Assembly: GCF_009914755.1 (NCBI RefSeq)
Contig: NC_060930.1
Reading direction: 5' to 3' (one strand)
DNA: 64,000 bases
Origin: the human T2T-CHM13v2.0 reference genome, Homo sapiens
The position numbers and the translations under genes are program-made. The notes below the pieces were generated by a model, which worked only from the letters and a program-made list of their open reading frames with translations, did not search any database and was not told where the DNA came from. This document shows, piece by piece, positions 1 to 13,975 of the stretch. Every line of letters starts with the position of its first letter. The first letter of the stretch is position 1.

Positions 1-782
1 ATCTGCCCCAGATCACTGGCCAAATTTTACGTGGCCTTCTTCAGCATCCTACCACTCTATTCAAATACATCTCTGCAGGAGCACCCTGTGAGTTGAGAAT
101 TACTGGTCTGGGATGACCACTGTTTGCATGATGCTTTGGATGGTGGTGCTGTTCTCAGAAGAAATACCAGAAGGAGAAAGGTTAGTCAGGAGAATATAAA
201 GTCAACCTTAAGCAATTTGAACACTTCAGTGGTTAAGTGAGTTCCCTGGGACAACTCTGCAAGCTGTTTTAACTTTATTTGTATTGAATATTACCTTCTT
301 TTAGAGAGGCCAACGTGTAGAAGGAAATAACAATGAAACAAAGGATTCATTAATAGTATAAACTATAAACTAACTGTCATTGATAGTCTTCCACGGGCCA
401 AGTACCACATGAAGTGGTTGGTCTGAATTATTGTGTAAAATTCTTACTTCAGCATTGTAAGGCAAATTATCTCACTGTCTCCATTTTACAGAAGTGGAGG
501 TTCAGCCTCAGGAATTTCACTAAATTCGCCAAATTCTTACTACCAGCAGATATCATTGCCAGGCAGTGTCACACTTTAATATCTTCTAATCAATAAGATA
601 ACCCTAAAATTGATTATCATATATAATTTCCTTCTCATATATAGTTTCATACTATCATATATAGTTTCCTTTGTTTCAGAAATTGGAATCCCTCAGGGTG
701 GATAAGGAGACATGGTGGTGTCCTGGCCTAAGTATTGTTGGAATCCTCTAGTCAGAGGCCTGATGTGAGGTGAAGTGGACAG

Positions 783-1500
783 TGAAACTGCCTTTGCAAA
801 AATCATAACTGAGAAAATTATTACAGTGAAAGAGATCTTACCTAACCGACTCCATCTAACGTCTAACCTCCAAGCTGTCCTTTTCATTCCTGAGTTTGGG
901 ATTAACTAACTTTGGGAGGAGCTTAGTTTATACTTTTGCTTTTAAACAAAAACAATAACAGCCCTTTCAGAAACAAACCCCTTTCCTGCCTGGGGACCAG
1001 ACTGCTTTTGCAGGACTAACAAATTAGCCACAAGATTATAAATTATGGTTTAGGAGTCATGCAGCTGGAAGCTACAAGATTCTAAACCTCAAATTGCTCC
1101 TGGGGATAAAATCACTATTTTAAAACCTAAGATCAATGCTTGAGCTATTTTGCAGACCCTGAACACAATGGATTAGCTGGCACCACCCATATAGATAAAC
1201 TGGATTATCTGGTCTTGAGTCCCCCACCCCACCACTCCCAGGAACTGATTTAGCACAAGAGGACAGCTTAGGCTCCCTATAATTTCATCTCTGACCCAAC
1301 CAAGCAGCACTCCCGACTCACTGGTCCCCTACAATCAAATTATCCTTAAAAACTTTGGTCCCCAAATTCTCAAGGAGACTGATTTGAGTAATAATAAAAC
1401 TCTAGTCTCCTGTAGCGCTGGCTCCTTATTGCAATTCCCCTGTCTTGATAAATCAGCTCTGTCTAGGAAGTGGACAAGGAGAGCCCGTTGGGTGGTTACA
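783..1500 (+). mobile_element. Solo ERV1 LTR, LTR8/LTR8A-like
   Basis: Starts TGAAACTGCCTTTGCAAAAAT and ends GGTGGTTACA. AATAAA lies near 1393. Imperfect 4-bp TSD ACAG/ATAG. Family recognised from recalled consensus. Confidence 0.75.
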
Positions 1501-1640
1501 ATAGGACAAACCAATAAAATATAAAGTATTAGAGACACTACCTGGGTTTCACGAACAGGTCAGAAAAAGTGTTTTCTTGGAAAACATCTGGATTCTGCTG
1601 CAGAGCAAGTATTTGCTTGTGTCTTCCCAGAGTATAAAAG

Positions 1641-1932
1641 CTGTCCTGTCCAAGATAGTTGCCACTAACCATATGTGAGTATTAAGCATTGGAAATGTGG
1701 CTACTCCAAACTGTGATGTGCTTTAAGTGTAAAATACACACCAGATTTCAAAGACCTAGTAAAATAACAAAGTAAAAACTCAATATTTTAATATTAGATA
1801 CCTTGTTGAAACAATTTTTGGTTACACTGGATTCAAATCATTAAAATAGATTTCTTTTTCCACTTTTTAAAATGTGCCTATTAAAAAATTTAAAATTACA
1901 TATGTGGACCCTATGTTTCTGAGGAACAGTGC
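1641..1932 (+). mobile_element. MER33-like hAT-Charlie DNA transposon fossil
   Basis: CTGTCCAA..TAG..GCCACTA..CATATGTG..GAAATGTGGCTA..GTGTAAAATACACACCAGATTTC matches the recalled MER33 consensus. Confidence 0.6.
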
Positions 1933-2265
1933 CAGGACATAGAGGATAGTTATATTCACTCACAGATCAAAAACTAGCAAAACTATGAAATACCTAATAA
2001 TTTAATTTTTCACCTTAACTTTTGGCATATTCCACAGATCTGTAGTATATTTGAGTGTGATAGCTTAGGAATAAATATGATTGGAACTCATTCATGTTTA
2101 GAGAGAAAGGGTGTCAAATTGAGAACCAGGCAGATACACCTAATCTTAAAATGACCCCAAAGTAAAGTGGTTGAAGAAATTAAATCCCAAAGATTTTTGG
2201 TGAAGAATGTTGTAGTTTTCATCAGTATGTCCATGTTCAAATGGAGATTAAAGAAGGCAAAATAA

Positions 2266-2565
<300 letters not shown>

Positions 2566-2748
2566 TCAAAATAAAAGAACTGTGGGCTGACAACTGTGGA
2601 TTAAGCATCAGTTCTATTAAGAAGGGCTAACTTGAAGATGAATCTTTTGAAGATACATTTTGACTCCAGCTCTTTAGAGGAACAAAGTTTACCTTGATGT
2701 GAAATTCTTCAAATAAAAATTTATTGACTTTAAATTTAAAAAAAAATG

Positions 2749-2773
2749 CACACACACACACACACACACACAC
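2749..2773. repeat. (CA)n microsatellite
   Basis: Direct reading. Confidence 0.9.
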
Positions 2774-3186
2774 AGCTAACTAGCTACATCCTTAATGACA
2801 CCAAGCTTTAGTCCTTCACCCTGAAGTGGGAATGACAATGGCACTTACTTCAAAGTGCTGTGACAAGAATGTGTTTGAAAATAAATATAGAGTAATCAGC
2901 AACAGTGCTTGGCATATTGTAAATAAGTGCTCAAAAAATGCTAGTTCCCAAAACTGTTGTTGCCACTGTACCCTAAATCCCTATTCTCTTCTGATATCCT
3001 TTAGTGATGTAATTCTGTCTTGCACTGGGCCTGTTCATCTCTGGTATGAATTTCAACCACAATGTCCTTACTACATTTCCCTCAGGCTTATATAGCCAAA
3101 ATATCCAGAGCTTTGCCTAGGAGTGTATAATATGATACTTCAATTTGTAGCCATGATAGCACTGTGTATGAAAGTTTGGAATAATG

Positions 3187-3537
<351 letters not shown>

Positions 3538-3752
3538 TTATGTTACTCATAGTTTTATCACACAAGAACAATGTCATAAATTTTCATGGTTGAATTATCA
3601 GTTGTTTATGCAATATTCATTGATGTTTTTGGCTTATCAGCAGTGTTTCTGGAATTATTTGAATATTATTACCGTTTTTCAAAATTATTTTATAAAACTA
3701 ATTTAAAAATCAAAAATGATATAATTACTAATGTGAAATTAAATATAAGTTT

Positions 3753-4322
3753 TGAAGAATATCAGGATGTCACCCCCAAATTATTCTACTTTGGCATAAA
3801 AGTTATTTTCAGCTGAAGGCAATTGAAAATCAACAGGTGTAGGAAGAGGTCTCTGTCTTCTCTTTACCCAAATTTCCCTTTGTGAAGGTGACAGAAATTT
3901 CCCTTGTAAAAGTGTCCCCAACTGCTATACCAGGAAAAAGAGAGCAATTCTTATCACTAGATATGGAAGGTTGGCACTGAGATGACTCTGCAAAAACAAA
4001 CCTTACTACAATTATTTCTATCTTTCATTTTATCTTCCATGGTTTTTATTGCCCATGTATTTATTTCCTTGTCACATTCCCAAATTCGTCATCCCATGAA
4101 GTGCAAACTCCCTTTCCTTTGTTGGAATGGTGTATAAGTCTGTGAGTCTAACCGCGTTTTTAAGGTTTCAATTTTTTTTTCTTTGGGAACTCTGTGCATG
4201 TAATATACTAATAAAATTGCATGCTTTTTTTTTCGCATGTTAATCTGTCCTTTGTCAGTTAAATTTGCAAGACACTACTTAGTGAATCTAAGAGTACAGA
4301 AAAACATGTGTCCTCATTGACA
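3753..4322 (+). mobile_element. Solo ERV1 LTR, LTR37-like
   Basis: TG...CA termini with a perfect 4-bp TSD GTTT (3749-3752 / 4323-4326), TATAA about 4133 and AATAAA about 4210. The 5' end resembles LTR37. Confidence 0.6.
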
Positions 4323-4814
4323 GTTTCAAAAACTAAGTAAAATTGAGGCAAGAATCTTTTTCATCTTAAAATGGCCAATTTTAATTTCCAAATGAATGGT
4401 TCATTAGACCTAAGCCAGTAAGCTATGTGAACAATTGTGATGGAATAAAACAAAACTAAAGAGCATGAACAAAATTGAGAAAACATATGCAAGACTGAAT
4501 CTAAAGGCCAAATAGAATTGAAAATTTTTCTAATTTTTAACTCTATAAATTAAAGGAATGTGTTTCATTTGACGAGTTTCATCTGTGGAAACATGTTTGC
4601 AGAAGACATTCGAGGTTAGGATTAATTGAAAGTACATAAATCAAATGGATTAAGACCCCAAAGGGCATTGAAGGAAAATTAGAAAATCAGCTATTTTTGC
4701 TTGGGTTGATTCCTCTCCTGACTAACTCTTGGAGATGATAAGAACATCAATTAAATGGGTAGCCATGAAAGTATCTAAGGGAGAAAGGAACACAGAAGTT
4801 CAATGTACCATAAC

Positions 4815-5402
<588 letters not shown>

Positions 5403-5629
5403 TTTTTTTTTTTTTTAATTGTTTGATGTTGAGATGGAGAAACAGGAGGAGGTGGAAGAGATCTTAATATACATATGGAAAAATAAAAAATGGAATAACC
5501 AGGAAAATTCTGAAAAAGAAGAGTAATGAGAGAAAATTAGCTCTATCTGCTATTAAAGTCACGTTACAACATCTCAGTTAATTAGTCTCCCAAAGGGGAG
5601 ACTAATGTAAATGCATGTTTAATAAACTG

Positions 5630-6240
<611 letters not shown>

Positions 6241-7883
6241 TGATAAGATACTACAGATTTAGGTATTAGTTGAACACTTGCCATTTGTCACATAATCATC
6301 TCAGCATTGAGGATAGCACACAACACAATGTTTAAAACAATACAATTCTACCTTAAGAATTGTGGGAATGACTAAAGGAACAAAATAGAAACCTGAGAAA
6401 CCTAAGACAGTCCAACTGTCCATGAAATTATAGCGTATTAGCCTATGACAAAACAGCCAAAATTGATAGGAGCGTGGAGGGTGGCACGGGAGGAAGAAGG
6501 GGGAAGCAGAAATGAAAGTTCATAAATGGTCTTGGGAAAAATATGTCCATATGTTAAACCTTACACCAAAATAGAGGGTTCACCATGTTAAACCGTGTTG
6601 TAATGTAAAATTAACAACACAAAATTACTTAAACCATGGGAGAATGTTTTCTCCTTCTTCCCTGCCTCTGTCTTCCTGTCTCTCTGCTTGCCTCCCTCCC
6701 CTTTCTCTTTCTTGGGATGAATCCGTGGTCACTATCACTAACAAATCAACTCACTATATTAATCATTGTGGAGATGGTAGAATAATTGAGCAGCTTATCT
6801 CCAGAAGCCCCAGTCCCCATAATTTAGGTCTCACCAAAATGTGCCCACCAGATTTTAAAAGAAGCGAATATAAGACGCTAGGCTTTCTGTATTCAGAAGC
6901 ACCATGGATGTCAAACAGAGGGAACCATTAACGAAGGCCTTTATTAGAAATGTCTCCCATTTATCCATACACTCTTCATAGTTAATAGTACAAATACTGT
7001 TTTCTGCATAGAAACATTTGGACTGCCAAACAAAATACGTTTAAAGGAACTTCGATTTTTAAATGTTGCTGTCTGTCTAAACAGGATAAGCAACCGTAGT
7101 CATGCGAGGACAAAATGGCTGGCTAAAAGTTGTGCTTTCGATACGCTCAAAATCGATACGCTCAAACCTGTCAGTTTAGCGGAAGGCTACATGTTATGTG
7201 GCACAAAAAACTCCCTAGGTCCACGATTGCCTTGGGTGGAGGAAGGGCTATTGCCGCTGTTGTGGCTGTTTTTTAAATGCATTCCTTCGTTGCCACAGGA
7301 ATGAGAAATTAACAGCAGAGGAATGTAGGACAAAGGTACCTGCACGCACTCTCCTCCCAGGGCTGGATGTTGCCACTACCTCCAGGAGACATCAACTTGA
7401 CTACCAACAACATGGAAAGCGTCCGAAATCCCAGACATTAATATAAAGAGAAAAGAGGCAAAACTTTTAAGTCACAGTAAAGCAAAAAACACAGAATAAG
7501 CAACGTCTTCCACCATTCAATTAAATACAGAATGAAAGTCATGTACTAGAAGAACGGACCAACCCGGGAGCAGGGCGGGACTTTTGAAAATTTTTTAGTC
7601 CAATCCGGACATCCCTTTAGACTAAGAAACTGGCTCTTGTTTTGCGGTCTTTTCTGCCGTTCACAGGCCTGGGGCGGGACTGCCATCCCAAAACCATCCG
7701 CCAGCGAGAAAAGCCTCCGGTCAGGGACCTAGAAGCCGCAATAAAGGTTTAAATGCTGTAACCTCACCACGGCCACTCTCCAACCCCGTCACCCAATTCG
7801 TCTCTGATACCTCAGTAACTCCCATACGACTAACCTTAAGTAACAGGGCAGAACAAGAAAAGGCAGATAGTAAAGAAATTATC

Positions 7884-7924
7884 CAGCTCTTTTATTGAGA
7901 TCAGTGGTGGCTCTGAAAAGAGCC
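7884..7924 (-). terminator. H1-2 histone 3' processing signals: stem-loop (7909-7924) and HDE (7884-7892)
   Basis: Minus strand reads GGCTCTTTTCAGAGCC-ACCA, then AAAGAGCTG (U7-binding HDE). Confidence 0.95.
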
Positions 7925-7951
7925 TTTTGGGTTTTAGAAGTAGGCGTTCGC

Positions 7952-8593
7952 CTATTTCTTCTTGGGCGCCGCCTTCTTAGGCTTGACAACCTTGGGCTTA
8001 GCGGCCTTGGGCTTCACAGCCTTAGCAGCACTTTTGGCAGCTTTCTTGGGCTTCGCAACCTTGGCCTTCTTTGGGCTCTTAGCCACTTTCTTGGTTACAG
8101 TGGCCGCGGCCGGCTTCTTCGCTTTCTTCGGTGTTTTCTTAGCGCTCTTCTTCGGAGTTGCGCCGCCAGCCGCCTTCTTGGGCTTCTTGGCTGCCCCAAC
8201 TGGCTTCTTAGGTTTGGTTCCGCCCGCCTTTTTAACCTTGGGCTTGGCTTCCCCGGAGGCTGCCTTCTTGTTGAGTTTAAAGGAGCCAGAAGCACCGGTG
8301 CCTTTCGTTTGCACCAGAGTGCCCTTGCTCACCAGGCTCTTGAGACCAAGTTTGATACGGCTGTTGTTTTTCTCCACATCATAGCCGGCGGCAGCCAACG
8401 CTTTTTTCAGAGCAGCCAGAGAAACTCCGCTACGCTCTTTAGAGGCGGCCACAGCCTTGGTGATGAGCTCTGACACCGGGGGACCGGACGCCTTACGAGG
8501 CGTACCCCCAGCCTTTTTGGCCGCCTTCTTCTTTACAGGGGCCTTCTCCGCAGGAGGCGCGGCAGCGGGAGCGGCAGGAGCAGTCTCGGACAT
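7952..8593 (-). CDS. H1-2: Linker histone H1.2 (213 aa, intronless)
   Basis: ATG at 8593 gives [23 protein letters not shown]..., globular domain [22 protein letters not shown] and end KKAAPKKK*. 642 nt. The longer ORF-track start lies upstream of the TATA box. Confidence 0.98.
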
Positions 8594-8661
8594 GTTGAGA
8601 ATCAAAAACTCGGGTACAAGTGGCAAAGCGCCGATGAAGCAGCGCCTGGGCAGGGCCGCTG

Positions 8662-8754
8662 TATATATAGAGCGCAGGCGCGCTCTGATTGGTGCTCTGG
8701 TCGCCCGCCTGGCTGGCAGGCTCTGAGCCGCTGCGCTGCTCCCAAGTTGTGTTT
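8662..8754 (-). promoter_or_regulatory. H1-2 promoter: TATA (8662-8669), CCAAT (8688-8692), GC box (about 8702-8709), H1/AC box AAACACA (8748-8754)
   Basis: Canonical order and spacing of replication-dependent H1 promoter elements on the minus strand. Confidence 0.9.
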
Positions 8755-10414
8755 GTTCCACCTCACAAAAGGGGAAAAATATTAAAATTCCCCGCACCAA
8801 ATCACTTGGGTTTGGTCAGGAAAGGATCTCAGAAGCCTCGGGCTTCATGCTCTTCATTTATTTTTTCCACAAACACAAAAACAACGCGTCCAGGCGTCCC
8901 CAATTCCCCCAACTCCGAAGGAAGTCTGGGGCAGTCAGAGACCACTTTCTGTTTTTCTTATAAATTACCTGTTCGCTCCTTTGCCCCTGAAGGTTCTTTT
9001 TCCCAGGGGTGGTTGGGCACATGCTTCCCTTATTTTTGAAGAAAAAAGCGAAATGGTTTCCACCTAAATTTTCATGATAATTCTGTTTCTTCACAAGGGA
9101 AGTAACACAGGTCCTCTGTGAATTCTTCGTGCAGTCGCACAGGAACTGTGGACTGGGACAAGGATTCCACGGCCAGTCCAAAGCAATTAGGGCGGGATGG
9201 GAGGGGGTTCATGAGCCTTGCTAGGGTCCGGGGTGGTGGGGGGCTACAGACTTAAATCTTTGATTTGAAGACATTGAAACTATCAAATCCCTCTTTTCAT
9301 AGATGGGGGTGGGGCATCCTTTTCACTTCTCTACAGGCGAGAAATTGGGCTCTTTTTAAAGAGCTCTGAGGTCCCCCTCTGAGTTGTGTAAGGCAGGAGG
9401 TCTGGCCCTCAAGATAGAGATCATAAAGGAACAAGGGAGAGCCCTTAAGCCTGCAAAAAAGCCAATAGATTTGGCAGTTAGAGGCACTGAGATAATATGT
9501 TTTCAAAGAAAACAAGCATTTTTTATTTATTTATTTTTGTACGCTGCAATATAGAAATGAATTTCAGCCCATGAAAATTGTAGGTTACTTTCAGTAACCA
9601 TACCTTACGCAAGTTACCATATAGGACAATCTCCAGTTGGGAACTCAAATATATCTTTTGAGTTGCAAATAAAGCAACTGACTTTAATAAAACACACTCT
9701 TGACTTTTAAGATGAACAATGTATTTGAAATTTATTTTTTTAAATAGCAAAATTTAACACAGAAAGACAAGAAAAGTACCAGAACATGTAATTTATTATA
9801 AGATCTGTTGTTGATGAGCTGAAAAATCACCTCTTCTCATCCCCTCTGAAACTATTCTGTTCTAAAGTTTGCTACTTTAAGGTTCACTACTTCTTATTTT
9901 ACTCTCCGACCCCAAGTAATTGCTATTTTTTTCTTGAGATTAAAGGCAAAGTAAATTGTCTGCCCATATATTTGATATAATTATAGATTCATATTTAGGG
10001 ACAAAGGTAATATTACAACTCCCCAACAATTTCTGCTCAAATATATGTTTTCATGAAAATATGTGTTAAAGAGAACAGCCTTAGATTGTGGGAAAGTCAA
10101 AAGGGAACCTACAAATAAGAGTTCAATGACAAATGAAAAGTGAAACATCTTTTAGACTAAGGGTGACCCCATTGTTTTATTAAATAACATTTGTCCAACA
10201 TTTGTAAACATTGTCTGCTTGTGTGCTTATGTCCTCTGGGAATTAACAGTCTAATGAGATTAGTGATGGATGAATTAGCAGTGGTGGAAAAACACTTAGA
10301 CCGGCTATTCCTCAGAGTGACAGGGTATAAGAATTATACAAAATTATGGAAAGTGTATAAACAATTGAAGCACCTGCATCATACTAATATATTGTAGTAA
10401 AAGAAATAATATAA

Positions 10415-11080
<666 letters not shown>

Positions 11081-11574
11081 CATTTCACTTAGATCTTATT
11101 CTATGTGCAATGAACCCCCTTCTCATTTAAAACTCAGCTAAGTATATCCATCATGAAAATAGCTATGAAACGTCTTGATTACCAGGTAACTGGACCTTCT
11201 TTCACTATAAATTGGTGTCCTGGTTTATAAATCGACATGTAAATTTAATCGCTGTGATTCAGTTCTCTAATATGATTTTTCTAGTCGACTCAATCTAATC
11301 ACATCTCTTTATATGCAAATCTCAAGTCCAGACCTCAAGCCATTAGGACATCCAGCCACCCAGAATCTTGTCCCCAACCTCCTGGCAACATGGTGGAGGC
11401 CAGAAGACAGAGAAACATGTAACCAACCCTTTTCTAGATCCTTTATAAAGTGTGTTGAAAAAGTTATGCAAAACTTAAAAGCAACGCAAAAATATTTCTC
11501 CATATCCTTCCAAGCTATATTAGAGAATTATCTAAAAAGCCTACTTATGGGGTACCTGATGATGTAAGGCAATA

Positions 11575-11885
11575 CTAGACAGTAAAATAGAATGTGAATC
11601 ACATAAATACTTTCCAGATTTCTAGTGGTCACATTGAAAGAATGAAAAGAAACAAGTAAAATTAATTTTAAGATATTTTATTTAACTTAATATATCTAAA
11701 CTATTATCACTTCAACATATAATAAATAAGCTAAAAAAAAAGACAGTTGACATTCTTTTTTAAATGATAAATCTTCAGAACCTGGTGTGTATTTTACACT
11801 TTTAGAACATTTTAAATCAGTCTAGCTATAGTCCAAATGGTCAATGATCACGTGTAGCTAGTGGTACCTTATTGGACAACACTGT
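11575..11885 (-). mobile_element. MER33-like DNA transposon fossil
   Basis: Reverse of the 1641-1932 element (GGTGTGTATTTTACACTT...CACGTGTAGCTAGTGG...ATTGGACA). Confidence 0.55.
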
Positions 11886-12497
11886 CCTACGTGAAAGTAA
11901 CTCTGACTTAATGTTTACATTTTATTGGGTCCAGACTATCTAAAAGTAAACATTCACTTGTAGAAGTTTAATAAATTAATAAGGATTTTGTCATAGAGAT
12001 GGAAATGAATTCTTAATATAGAAAAAATGACCCTAAAAGTTATTATTGTATTGCCTAATAAGTCATTAAACAACTTTATATCTGATTTTCCCTTCCTCTT
12101 CCAGTATACATCCTTTCCCTGACCAAATACATATTTTATTCTCCCGTATCTTCCTTTGACCTAATTGTGATTCTGCTTCCTCCTTCATTAATGAATTAAA
12201 TCATTCATTGACACATACACAAGCTCACTATATATAGTACATATATGTCAGTCATGTTTTTAACTTCCTGAATGTTGTACTTTGACACTTGGTTGTTCAA
12301 TTTCGCCTAAGAGCTCTGAATCAGAACCTTTAGAAGCCATTCTGAAAAACTGGAAGATACAAAGCTTTTGACTATCAACTCCATAGCAACCTGATATCTG
12401 GTTGGTGTTCCATGGAAACTGTATTTCTCAAATTTTGAAATAAGATTGAACAAGCCTGTGAGCAACAACAAAAAAAAAGTCTATTAGAATGACCTCT

Positions 12498-12787
<290 letters not shown>

Positions 12788-13184
12788 GAATGACCTCCAA
12801 GGGAAAGTTCAGATTAAGGATGTGGTCGTCCCACCCAAAACTGATGTCCTCAAGAAAGCCACAAACAAATTGAGGACACAGTTAAAATATTGTAATGCAA
12901 TATATTGTGTATTCTTTTATTTACACACACATCATAAATATTATAGGTTGACTAGTTTTGTTTCATGCCACACTCTTCAGGGTCTGGAAACCCTGGTAGA
13001 AAAGTTAAAAATGCAGAGCAAAATGTCAAGTCCAAACAGCAGTAATGGGGCTAGAGAGAGACTCAAACAGCCAAGATATATTCAAAGGATAGTGAGAGGA
13101 GTTGTTAGGACAGGTGTAAGGAATGAGGGTGACAGCTGGTTTTTCTTTCACTTTTTCCTTCTACTATGCCAATTAGAGTTCTTT

Positions 13185-13312
<128 letters not shown>

Positions 13313-13809
13313 TAGAGTAGGGTTCTGTCATCTTTTGGATGTAGCTAACCTAATATTACTAAATCCTGTATAGGCCAGAACTTTGAATGATTTAAAGCTG
13401 TTTTTTCCTGACTCACCAATTAATGAAGCTAATAATAACAGCCACCCCACTGGCAGTGCCTGCCTCAAAGAGTAAGTGTTAGTGTTGCTATCTGCTTGAG
13501 ACCAACAATACAGGGACTCCAGGATATTTTCAGCCTAAATAAGATTGTAGGGGCTCTTGTCTGTTGCCTGGCTTCAGCCCCATAAACTTTTTTTTAACAT
13601 ATAACCCAGAGCCACAGTTTTGCTCATATTTCAATCTTTGAAGGCAAATGGCCAACAATTAGATTAAACCTGAGGCTAAATATTTCCTCACCTCAAGGGC
13701 TGAGACCAAAGTTACTGCATCTGTATTCCCTAACACGCCCTCAAAATGGGTTGCAGAAAACAACAGAAAATATACTAAAGCACACAGTAGGAGCATAATA
13801 AATAGTGAT

Positions 13810-13975
13810 TAGCTGGGTGCAGTGGCATGCGCCTGTAGTTCCCGCTACTCTACTCATGAGGCTGAGGCAGGAGGATCACTTTTGCCCAGCAGTTTGAAGT
13901 TGCAGAGAGCTATGATCACAACACTTCACTCTAACCTGGGCAACAGAGCAAGACTCTGTCCAGAAAAATAAATAC
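13810..13975 (+). mobile_element. Alu right-arm fragment (FRAM/AluJ-like)
   Basis: TAGCTGGGTGCAGTGGCATGCGCCTGTAG...GAGCAAGACTCTGTC. Confidence 0.75.

Noticed and set aside
7895-8473. Plus-strand ORFs of 192 aa and 140 aa, and similarly 59721-60266
   Set aside because: Antisense shadows of the Lys/Ala-rich H1 coding sequences.
8594-8800. N-terminal extensions of H1.2, H4 (55976-56095) and H1t (60242-60283) in the ORF track
   Set aside because: They rely on upstream starts at or before the TATA/TSS region. The canonical ATGs give the exact known protein lengths.
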